Origin: Calditrichia bacterium
Lineage (GTDB): Bacteria; Calditrichota; Calditrichia; RBG-13-44-9
NCBI GenBank assembly: GCA_037381445.1
Contig: JARRQT010000122.1
Span: forward strand, 1 to 10,425
Direction: 5' to 3'
Length of the DNA: 10,425 nucleotides
The notes beneath the pieces were generated by a model. That model searched no databases, was not told the origin of the DNA, and saw nothing but the letters and a program-made list of their open reading frames with translations. Shown one piece after another: positions 1 through 6,796 of the stretch (positions are counted from its first letter, which is position 1; every line of letters starts with the position of its first letter). The position numbers and the translations under genes are program-made.

Positions 1-15
1 TTTTGTTATTTTCAT
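1..15 (-). CDS. Start of an unidentified downstream gene (MKITK...), runs off the window edge
   Basis: Minus strand reads GGGAGA (27-22), a 6-nt spacer, then ATG at 15 and ATG AAA ATA ACA AAA. Only 5 codons are visible, so the product cannot be called. Confidence 0.5.
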
Positions 16-70
16 TAAATGTCTCCCATACTTTGATTTATGAGAAATATAGAAATTAAACCTAATATTG

Positions 71-880
71 TCAAGATTTTATTGGATGCGGGGCCTTTGC
101 TGCGCGCCATTGAAGAAAAATCATTACCAGCCCGGCCAACAGCATGGATAGGCTCACCACCTGATTAAATCCCAGCCCTCCGATGACGAACATTTGATTT
201 TCATAATAGCGTAAAAAATCAACGGTGAACCGCGCGATCCCATACAGAATTAGAAAAATCCCGATATTCAAACCATCGAATCGTATTTTCCGGTCTATCC
301 ATAACAGGATGCCAAAGATCAGCAGGCCATAAAAGGATGAATATAGCTGAGTGGGATAGAGCGGCACACTGCCCATTACCGAGTGAGCAGCACTGTGGGG
401 CGGAAAAATGACACCCAGCGCAGGCGAGCATGCTTTTCCAAAGCAGCAGCCGTTCAAATAACAACCGATACGCGTGAAGAAAATTCCAATGGCGATACCG
501 GGGGCAATGCTATCGGCCAGTTTCCAGAAATTCAATTTCTTATAGATGATATAAACTGTGGAGGAAATGAAAGCGGTGAGAAATCCTCCCAGCAGAATTA
601 ATCCGCCCAAACCGACGGAACCGTCTCTCTGGACCGGCCAGAAGGTGTAGAGCCAGCGTCCCTGGAATTCACTCATATGAAAAAGCACGTAGAACAGCCG
701 GGCGCCGACAATTGAACTGATGATGATGATAAATCCGATGTTCACGATTTCATTCTCGTCAATCCCCCGCTTTTTTCCTAGGCGGACAGCAATGAAAATT
801 CCCAGAATGAAAGAAAGCGCCAGCATAACGCCATAGCTATGTATGGCAAGAGGCCCGATTTTAAACAGAATTGGATGCAT
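71..880 (-). CDS. lgt: Prolipoprotein diacylglyceryl transferase (Lgt family, Cys-rich variant), 269 aa
   Basis: N-terminus MHPILFKIGPLAIHSYG, plus VGARLFYV, RIGCYLNGCCFG (aligns with the RxGNFxNGExxG signature), YPTQLY and YGIARFTVDFLR. Multiple hydrophobic segments. SD GGGGA lies 6 nt before the ATG. Confidence 0.9.
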   Translation of the reverse strand: MHPILFKIGPLAIHSYGVMLALSFILGIFIAVRLGKKRGIDENEIVNIGFIIIISSIVGARLFYVLFHMSEFQGRWLYTFWPVQRDGSVGLGGLILLGGFLTAFISSTVYIIYKKLNFWKLADSIAPGIAIGIFFTRIGCYLNGCCFGKACSPALGVIFPPHSAAHSVMGSVPLYPTQLYSSFYGLLIFGILLWIDRKIRFDGLNIGIFLILYGIARFTVDFLRYYENQMFVIGGLGFNQVVSLSMLLAGLVMIFLQWRAAKAPHPIKS

Positions 881-892
881 GTTCTATCCCCA

Positions 893-2116
893 TTAATACT
901 CAAAACGGTTTTTGTAGAAGTTCAGCAACAGGCCAATCATCGCCATATTGGTCAGCATTGCTGATCCCCCGTAACTGAGGAACGGCAGCGGCAGGCCTGT
1001 AACCGGGAAAAAACCAATGGTCATACCAATATTAACGATGGCGTGAAAGGCGATCACTGTGACGATTCCAATGGCGACAATGCCGTTAAAGCGGTTTCTT
1101 GACACCGAAGCGATATTCACACCCCTCATTAAAAGAATGCAAAATAGAATCAGCCCGAGAAAAATGCCGATAAAACCGAACTCCTCTCCTACGACCGCGA
1201 AGATGAAATCAGTATGCTGTTCCGGCAAAAAGCGGAGCTGCGTCTGCGATCCTTCCATGAAGCCCTTGCCGCCAAAACCTCCCGACCCGATCGCGACTTT
1301 TGATTGAATAATCTGATATCCGGCGCCGCGGGGATCCGCTTCGGGATTCAGAAAAACAATTATCCGGTTTTTTTGATAGGGTTTCAGATGATTCCATAGA
1401 AACGGGGTAATTAAACCGACCACAATATTGGCAACGAAATTGAATATCAGGATCATCTTGCTTCTTTGCGAATAGATCAGGAAGACAACCAGGACGATCA
1501 TTAAAAACAGAAAAGCATAATAGTGCGTTGAGGCCAAAGCCATTAAGATCGGCATAATGATCAAAAAGAGATTATCCCCCTTGAGGCCTGCCCAGTAAAA
1601 CATGGGAAGGGCCAGGGCCACAAAAACAGTAGCGGTACCCAGATCGGGCTGCCTGACAATCAACACAAAAGGAATAAAAATAAAGAGCGCAGCAAGCATA
1701 AAATCCTTGAGGCGGTTCAGATTCACCGAATCCTGCGAGATAAATCTGGCGACGGCCAGCACGGTGGCCAGTTTTGCAAATTCGGAAGGCTGCAATACCA
1801 TTGGACCAACCCTCAACCATCTTTCCGCACCATAGCCCATACGGCCGAAGAAAATAACCAGAATGAGAAGAAACAGGCTGGCGCCAAAAAGAAAATAGGC
1901 AGATTCATAAATCCAGCGATGGGGTATAAAATAGATAATCAGTACGCCGGCCAGTCCGACAATCGCCCAGATGAGCTGCTTGAGAAAATAATTGGTCCCG
2001 ACTCCCTGGCTCATGGCCGTATAAGAGGAAGAATACAGAGCGACCAGGCCAAGAGTGATAAGCCCCAGAACCGAGAGGAGAAGGAACACATCTATTTTTT
2101 TCATTATGTTTATCAT
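893..2116 (-). CDS. rodA: Rod shape-determining SEDS peptidoglycan glycosyltransferase RodA, about 407 aa (alternative start ATG at 2104)
   Basis: SEDS motifs GAERW, QPSEFAK, QPDLGT, GYQIIQSKVAIGSGG, FLPEQHTDFIF and PVTGLPLPFLSYGGS. Lies directly after PBP2 in an mre cluster. Confidence 0.95.
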   Translation of the reverse strand: MINIMKKIDVFLLLSVLGLITLGLVALYSSSYTAMSQGVGTNYFLKQLIWAIVGLAGVLIIYFIPHRWIYESAYFLFGASLFLLILVIFFGRMGYGAERWLRVGPMVLQPSEFAKLATVLAVARFISQDSVNLNRLKDFMLAALFIFIPFVLIVRQPDLGTATVFVALALPMFYWAGLKGDNLFLIIMPILMALASTHYYAFLFLMIVLVVFLIYSQRSKMILIFNFVANIVVGLITPFLWNHLKPYQKNRIIVFLNPEADPRGAGYQIIQSKVAIGSGGFGGKGFMEGSQTQLRFLPEQHTDFIFAVVGEEFGFIGIFLGLILFCILLMRGVNIASVSRNRFNGIVAIGIVTVIAFHAIVNIGMTIGFFPVTGLPLPFLSYGGSAMLTNMAMIGLLLNFYKNRFEY

Positions 2117-2157
2117 AACCGGAAACCAGGCATCAACAATTTATTGAAATAAGACAT
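2113..2157 (-). CDS. Putative 14-aa leader/upstream ORF MSYFNKLLMPGFRL, stop overlapping the rodA start
   Basis: AAAGGA (2170-2165), a 7-nt spacer, ATG at 2157, and TGA at 2115-2113 overlapping the rodA ATG (ATGA). Too short to be sure it is translated. Confidence 0.35.
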   Translation of the reverse strand: MSYFNKLLMPGFRL

Positions 2158-2204
2158 TCACGCTTCCTTTATAATTTATTCCTACGGCAATTTCAGAAAT
2201 ACAA

Positions 2205-4064
2205 TCAATCCGATTCCAGCGTATCCGGTTCAGGGACATTCAAAGCGCGAAGACTGTCGGCGCGCAGAGAATCTCTTTTGGCTGCAATTTCCCGGATTCT
2301 TCTTTCCACGGAATAATCATATTTCCCCTCATAATAAAAATATTTCTTCATATACGCACCGGCGATGGGCGCCGCCACATGGCCGCCGGATCCCCCGTTC
2401 TCCACCAGCACGCAAATGGCAATTTCGGGATTCACATAGGGGGCGAAACCGATAAACCAGGCGTGGGAATTCCCGTGCGGATTCTGGGCCGTTCCGGTTT
2501 TGCCGGCCGCCGGGATCCCGTATAGTGTTGCCCTGGCTCCCGTTCCGCCGTCCACGACCTCTCTCATTCCTTTCAGAACAAAGTTGAAAACCGAAGAATC
2601 AATCCCGGCAATCCGTTCGCTCCGGATTGGAATTTTTTTCCAGCTTTTTCTCACCGGATCCAATAATTTGTAGCCCAAATGGGGTTTATACAATGTTCCC
2701 CGGTTGGCCAGAATGGACACAAATTGCGCCATCTGCAAAGGGGTCACCAGCAGTTCTCCCTGGCCAATAGCCAGGTTCGCCAGCATGCCGCGGGTATAGC
2801 GGTTTTCACCGTAGGTTTTGTTGTAATATTCCCTGCTGGGCACCAGTCCCGGATTTTCATTGGTCAATTCTATTCCGGTCGTTTCTCCGAAGTGAAACAA
2901 TTTGCTGTATTTATGCCAGGCATCGATGCCAATCAGCAAACCCAGTTTATAGAAATAGACGTTACAGGAATTCTTGATGGCCCCCGCCAGATTCAACACC
3001 CCGTGCCCGTCCCCCTTCCAGCAGTGAATCGTGCGGCGTCCCAACTGAAAATAGCCGGGGCAATCCGTGGACCAGGAAGGAGTAATAATTTTTTCGTTCA
3101 GCGCCGCAATGGCAGCAACCAGCTTATAAGTGGAGCCGGGGGGATAGGCGCTCTGACAGGCGCGGTCATATAAAGGATGATAGGGGTCGTGCAACAGTTT
3201 ATTCCAGATATCGGTGGGAATAATCCCCGTGAAATTGCTCAGATCGTAATCCGGTTTTGAAAGCATGGTCAGAATCTCGCCCGTCCGGGTATCAATCGCG
3301 ATAAGCGCGCCCCGTTTGCCATCCATCAGTGAATCCGCATAGGCCTGCAGGCGCAGATCGATGGTTAGGAATAACTGATCCCCGGGATAAGGCTCGGCAG
3401 TTTTGTCCGTGGAGAGCGCCTCCACCACACGTCCCAGCGCGTCAACTTTTACAAATTTAAATCCTTTTGATCCGCGCAGAATATCATCATAGGCGCGTTC
3501 AACCGCTTTTTTTCCCACTACATCCCCGGGTTCCAGCTGGGACTCTTTTTCCAATTCCCTGTCGTCCACTTCTCCCAATGTACCCAGAAGATGAGCCAGC
3601 CCTGAAGTCCGCACATAGTGCCTCTTTGGTTCCGATTTCCATTCCACGCCGGGAAGATCCACAATATTTTCCTGAATCCAAGTTAGTGTAGCCATATCCA
3701 CCTGCCGGATGATCTTCACCAACTGAAAATTTCCGGCTTTTCGCAGTTTGTCCCGGATATCTTTTTCGGGAATATTGCCGAGTTTTGAAATGACCTGAAT
3801 AGTATGATCCGTGGTTTCGCTGGGGATAAGGTAAAGCGAAAATGCCGGACGATTGTCCACAATAAGCTTTCCGTTCCGGTCATAGATGTTGCCCCGCACG
3901 GGAATCCGGGTAATCATTTTGACGCTGTTCTGTATGCTTTTCTGGGAATAAAAGGATGATTCGGTAATCTGCAGGCGGTAGAATCCGAAGGACAGCGCCA
4001 GGAAAACGCCGGCAATGGAAATATAAAAAACATATTTCTTAATGTCCGGTCCAGACAGGTTCAT
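2205..4064 (-). CDS. mrdA: Penicillin-binding protein 2 (class B transpeptidase), about 619 aa
   Basis: N-terminal TM segment, RGNIYDRNG, and catalytic motifs SxxK (PGSTYK), SxN (SCN) and KTG (GKTGTAQ). ATG at 4064 is preferred over GTG at 4073 because AGGTGA lies 5 nt upstream of it. Confidence 0.96.
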   Translation of the reverse strand: MNLSGPDIKKYVFYISIAGVFLALSFGFYRLQITESSFYSQKSIQNSVKMITRIPVRGNIYDRNGKLIVDNRPAFSLYLIPSETTDHTIQVISKLGNIPEKDIRDKLRKAGNFQLVKIIRQVDMATLTWIQENIVDLPGVEWKSEPKRHYVRTSGLAHLLGTLGEVDDRELEKESQLEPGDVVGKKAVERAYDDILRGSKGFKFVKVDALGRVVEALSTDKTAEPYPGDQLFLTIDLRLQAYADSLMDGKRGALIAIDTRTGEILTMLSKPDYDLSNFTGIIPTDIWNKLLHDPYHPLYDRACQSAYPPGSTYKLVAAIAALNEKIITPSWSTDCPGYFQLGRRTIHCWKGDGHGVLNLAGAIKNSCNVYFYKLGLLIGIDAWHKYSKLFHFGETTGIELTNENPGLVPSREYYNKTYGENRYTRGMLANLAIGQGELLVTPLQMAQFVSILANRGTLYKPHLGYKLLDPVRKSWKKIPIRSERIAGIDSSVFNFVLKGMREVVDGGTGARATLYGIPAAGKTGTAQNPHGNSHAWFIGFAPYVNPEIAICVLVENGGSGGHVAAPIAGAYMKKYFYYEGKYDYSVERRIREIAAKRDSLRADSLRALNVPEPDTLESD

Positions 4065-4073
4065 TTTTATCAC

Positions 4074-4547
4074 CTACTCGGTTGCCCATGCTTCAATCAA
4101 ATAATATAAAAAACCGCCCAACAGCAAGGTATACATCATATTGGGAATGGTATAGAGAAAAATGGAAGATTGTAAAGAAAAATTTTCTCCCATGGTATAG
4201 ATCATAAAATACACGAAATCGTGAACCAGCCCGCTGATGAGCAGGGTCAGGAAAAACTCCGCACGTTCCGCAAATTTACCCTGCAGCGAACCGGCCACGA
4301 AACCGGCAATTGTTTTGGAGAGCGCCGAAAGCCCGATATAGTGGGTGCTCAGCAGATCCTGCACCAGTCCGCTCAGAAATCCTGCCGTCATCCCCCAATT
4401 GGGACCTTTGCGCAGTGAAAAATAGACCAGCACTATCAAAACCAGATCGGGCCGCCAATTAAAAATCTGAATATACTTTACTACGGTTATTTGCAGCAGC
4501 AAAGCAACAAGGAAGAAAAGGATATATCGGATACTGATCTTATTCAC
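4074..4547 (-). CDS. mreD: Rod shape-determining protein MreD, about 157 aa
   Basis: Small hydrophobic protein with PDLVLI and GFLSGLVQDLL, lying between mreC and PBP2. GTG at 4547 is preferred over TTG at 4556: GGAG is 10 nt upstream and the start overlaps the mreC stop by 8 nt (GTGAATAA). Confidence 0.92.
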   Translation of the reverse strand: MNKISIRYILFFLVALLLQITVVKYIQIFNWRPDLVLIVLVYFSLRKGPNWGMTAGFLSGLVQDLLSTHYIGLSALSKTIAGFVAGSLQGKFAERAEFFLTLLISGLVHDFVYFMIYTMGENFSLQSSIFLYTIPNMMYTLLLGGFLYYLIEAWATE

Positions 4548-5358
4548 TCCGGGCAATCTCCATGTTCATGCTGTCGGGCGTCAAAACGACAAATACATTT
4601 TCGATGCTGTTGAATTCGACTGCGGGTTTTATTTTAATGGTTTTGAACAGTTCATACTCGTTATCCTGCACTTCACCCACCACGCCGATCTTTATTCCTT
4701 CGGGATAAATGCGGCTGAGGCCCGAAGTTACCACTGCTTCGCCGGGTTCGACCTTTATGTCACGGGGAATGTAATTCAAATCCAGCCACAGATTACCAGA
4801 CCAGCCCACCACGCCAATTTCGCGGCTCCGCTGCAGCCGGGCACTCACCAGGGAATTGCGGTCCATCAGAATCTGCATGATGGATTGATGCGGTTCCACA
4901 ATCAGCAATTTCCCGACCAGGCCTCGGTCAGTTACCACAGGCATATTTTTCCGCACGCTGTCTGCGCTTCCCACATTGAGGATGAGCGAACGCACACTTT
5001 GCTCCTGGCTAAGGCCGATCACATTTGCCGCCATAAAGTTAAAATTGCTTTCCCTCTTAAGCTGGAGCAGCCGGCGCAGACGGATATTTTCTATCATGAT
5101 TTCCTGCAGCCGCTGATTGGCAGTGGACAATTCAATCACCTTTTTACGAAGCTCTTTGTTCTCCTCCGTAACACTACCCAGAACCCGGAACTTATTCTCG
5201 ACGGAATTCACCCAGCTCACCACCTGCAAAACGGTGAACCTCATCCCCCGCAGTGTAAACTGGTCATTAAATGTCATGATGACAAAAGAGAGGATGATGT
5301 AAAACCCAAGAAGCAAAAGGCTGCTGCGTCTTGAGAATAATCCGAATATGTTTTTCAT
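4540..5358 (-). CDS. mreC: Rod shape-determining protein MreC, 272 aa
   Basis: N-terminal TM segment, coiled coil (EENKELRKK...ENIRLRRLL), GLVGK, VVTSGLSRIYPEGIKIG and IKPAVEF. Position after mreB fits. Confidence 0.95.
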   Translation of the reverse strand: MKNIFGLFSRRSSLLLLGFYIILSFVIMTFNDQFTLRGMRFTVLQVVSWVNSVENKFRVLGSVTEENKELRKKVIELSTANQRLQEIMIENIRLRRLLQLKRESNFNFMAANVIGLSQEQSVRSLILNVGSADSVRKNMPVVTDRGLVGKLLIVEPHQSIMQILMDRNSLVSARLQRSREIGVVGWSGNLWLDLNYIPRDIKVEPGEAVVTSGLSRIYPEGIKIGVVGEVQDNEYELFKTIKIKPAVEFNSIENVFVVLTPDSMNMEIARSE

Positions 5359-5437
5359 TCCTGAAACATCTCTTTTTTAAAATAAAACTTCAGCGCTTTT
5401 TCAAAACCCTGACTCAAATCCCGCTATACTGATCATT

Positions 5438-5477
5438 GTGATTTTTTGAAATGCAGGTTTTTCAGCAGAAAAATCAC
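5438..5477. other. Stem-loop in the putative mreC leader
   Basis: GTGATTTTT (5438-5446) is the reverse complement of AAAAATCAC (5469-5477). An inner TGAAA (5447-5451)/TTTCA (5460-5464) pair extends the stem past a 4-nt bulge. Confidence 0.5.
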
Positions 5478-5554
5478 CTCAAGCTTATCGGGTTCCGGAC
5501 GCTGAACCGGGCACACTTCCGCTCTCCAAAAGGTTATACCTGCCCTGCAATAAT

Positions 5555-5583
5555 ATTTTACAGAACAGGTCGGCAAATATCAA
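5555..5583 (-). promoter_or_regulatory. Putative internal sigma70-type promoter for mreC-mreD-mrdA-rodA-lgt
   Basis: Minus strand TTGATA (5583-5578), 17 bp, then TAAAAT (5560-5555). Each box matches consensus at 5/6. It sits just downstream of a terminator-like hairpin. Confidence 0.55.
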
Positions 5584-5594
5584 TTGTTTATCAT

Positions 5595-5631
5595 AAAAAC
5601 AAACGGTGAGTATTGCACCGGCGCTTGTTTT
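5595..5631 (-). terminator. Putative intrinsic terminator downstream of mreB
   Basis: Minus strand CGGTG-CAATACT-CACCG (5620-5604) followed by TTTGTTTTT. The stem can be extended by AAAACAA/TTGTTTT. The GC core is only 5 bp, so it is probably leaky. Confidence 0.55.
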
Positions 5632-5741
5632 ACCTGCCGCGCAATAATCAGAATTAAAAAAATTATTTTTTGAACCAAACACCAATATTTATTAAATCCT
5701 GCTTTGAGATAACAGGCCTCGCAAATCGGCCCGTTACGCCA

Positions 5742-6773
5742 TTACATTCTTCTGGCTTTTAAAAGTACCTTACCGAACTTCGGGAAATCGGCCAAAATTT
5801 TCCCGGTTCCTCTAACCACCGCAGTCAGCGGATCTTCGGCAACATTTACCGGAAGTTGGGTTTCTTTCTCAATGAGTTCATCCAGTTTGCGCATCAAAGC
5901 GCCACCGCCGGTCAGGATGATTCCGTGGTCCAAAATATCCGAGGATAATTCCGGAGGAGTGCGCTCCAGCGTCAGGCGCACAGATTCCACAATGGTATTA
6001 ACGGGGTCCATGAGTGCTTCACGGATTTCCGCCGAGGTGACTTCCACGGTCTTCGGAATACCGTCAATCAGGTCACGGCCTTTGACGGTGGTATTAATTT
6101 CCTCTTCCAGGGGCATTACCGATCCGATTTCACACTTAAGCGCTTCTGCGGTTTTTTCGCCCACCAACAGATTATAATTTTTCTTGAAATACTGGACGAT
6201 AGAATCATTCATCTCGTCTCCGCCGATGCGGATAGAGGTATGAAGCACGATGCCGCCCAGCGAGATGATTGCAATTTCACTGGTTCCGCCCCCGATATCC
6301 ACTATCATATTTCCCATCGGCCTTTCGATGTCCAATCCGATTCCCACTGCTGAGGCCATGGCCTCAGCCACCAGATATACTTCGCGGGCGCCGGCCCGTT
6401 CGGCACTGTCGCGCACCGCCCGCTTCTCAACTTCCGTAATGCCGGAGGGAACACAAACCACCATTTTGCCAATGGAAATACGATTCACTTTTGCTTTCTT
6501 GATAAACTCGCGCATCATGACTTCGGTCGCTTCAAAATCCGCGATAACGCCGTCTTTCAGCGGCCGGATTGTCACGATCTCCTGGTGAGTACGTCCCAGC
6601 ATTTCCCTGGCTTCCTTACCGGTTGCCACGACTTTCCCGTTATTTTCTTCGAAAGCCACAATTGAAGGTTCATTTACTACAATGCCTTTGTTTTTCACAT
6701 AGATCAATGTGTTGGCGGTTCCTAAGTCCATACCGATGTCATTTGAGAGAAAATTTAAAAAACCAAACGCCAT
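5742..6773 (-). CDS. mreB: Actin-like rod shape-determining protein MreB, 343 aa
   Basis: IGMDLGTANT, RPLKDGVIADF, VPSGITEVEKRAV, IVDIGGGTSE and LTGGGAL motifs. The N-terminal amphipathic segment MAFGFLNFL is typical of diderm MreB. SD AGGGGA lies 6 nt upstream. Confidence 0.98.
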   Translation of the reverse strand: MAFGFLNFLSNDIGMDLGTANTLIYVKNKGIVVNEPSIVAFEENNGKVVATGKEAREMLGRTHQEIVTIRPLKDGVIADFEATEVMMREFIKKAKVNRISIGKMVVCVPSGITEVEKRAVRDSAERAGAREVYLVAEAMASAVGIGLDIERPMGNMIVDIGGGTSEIAIISLGGIVLHTSIRIGGDEMNDSIVQYFKKNYNLLVGEKTAEALKCEIGSVMPLEEEINTTVKGRDLIDGIPKTVEVTSAEIREALMDPVNTIVESVRLTLERTPPELSSDILDHGIILTGGGALMRKLDELIEKETQLPVNVAEDPLTAVVRGTGKILADFPKFGKVLLKARRM

Positions 6774-6796
6774 AGTCGTTCCCCTGAAGTTTCAAA

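Larger units (their letters stand above)
5537..5648. repeat. Imperfect 18-bp direct repeat, two copies 94 bp apart
   Basis: TACCTGCCCTGCAATAAT (5537-5554) and TACCTGCCGCGCAATAAT (5631-5648) are identical at 16 of 18 positions. Confidence 0.7.

Noticed and set aside
5480..5545. Local resemblance to a glycine riboswitch (AACCTTTTGGAGAGC) and to SRP RNA (GTCCGGAA) on the minus strand
   Set aside because: The other required elements are missing: CCGAAG and CUCUCAGG for glycine, GGAAGCAG for SRP.
5485..5685. 66-aa minus-strand ORF in the mreB-mreC gap
   Set aside because: TTG start with no SD and no protein-like features. It runs through the predicted terminator and promoter.
5537..5713. Direct repeats as a mini-CRISPR, including a possible third copy at 5696-5713
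   Set aside because: Only two good 18-bp copies with a 76-bp spacer. The third matches 11/18 at a different spacing, and there are no cas genes in the window.
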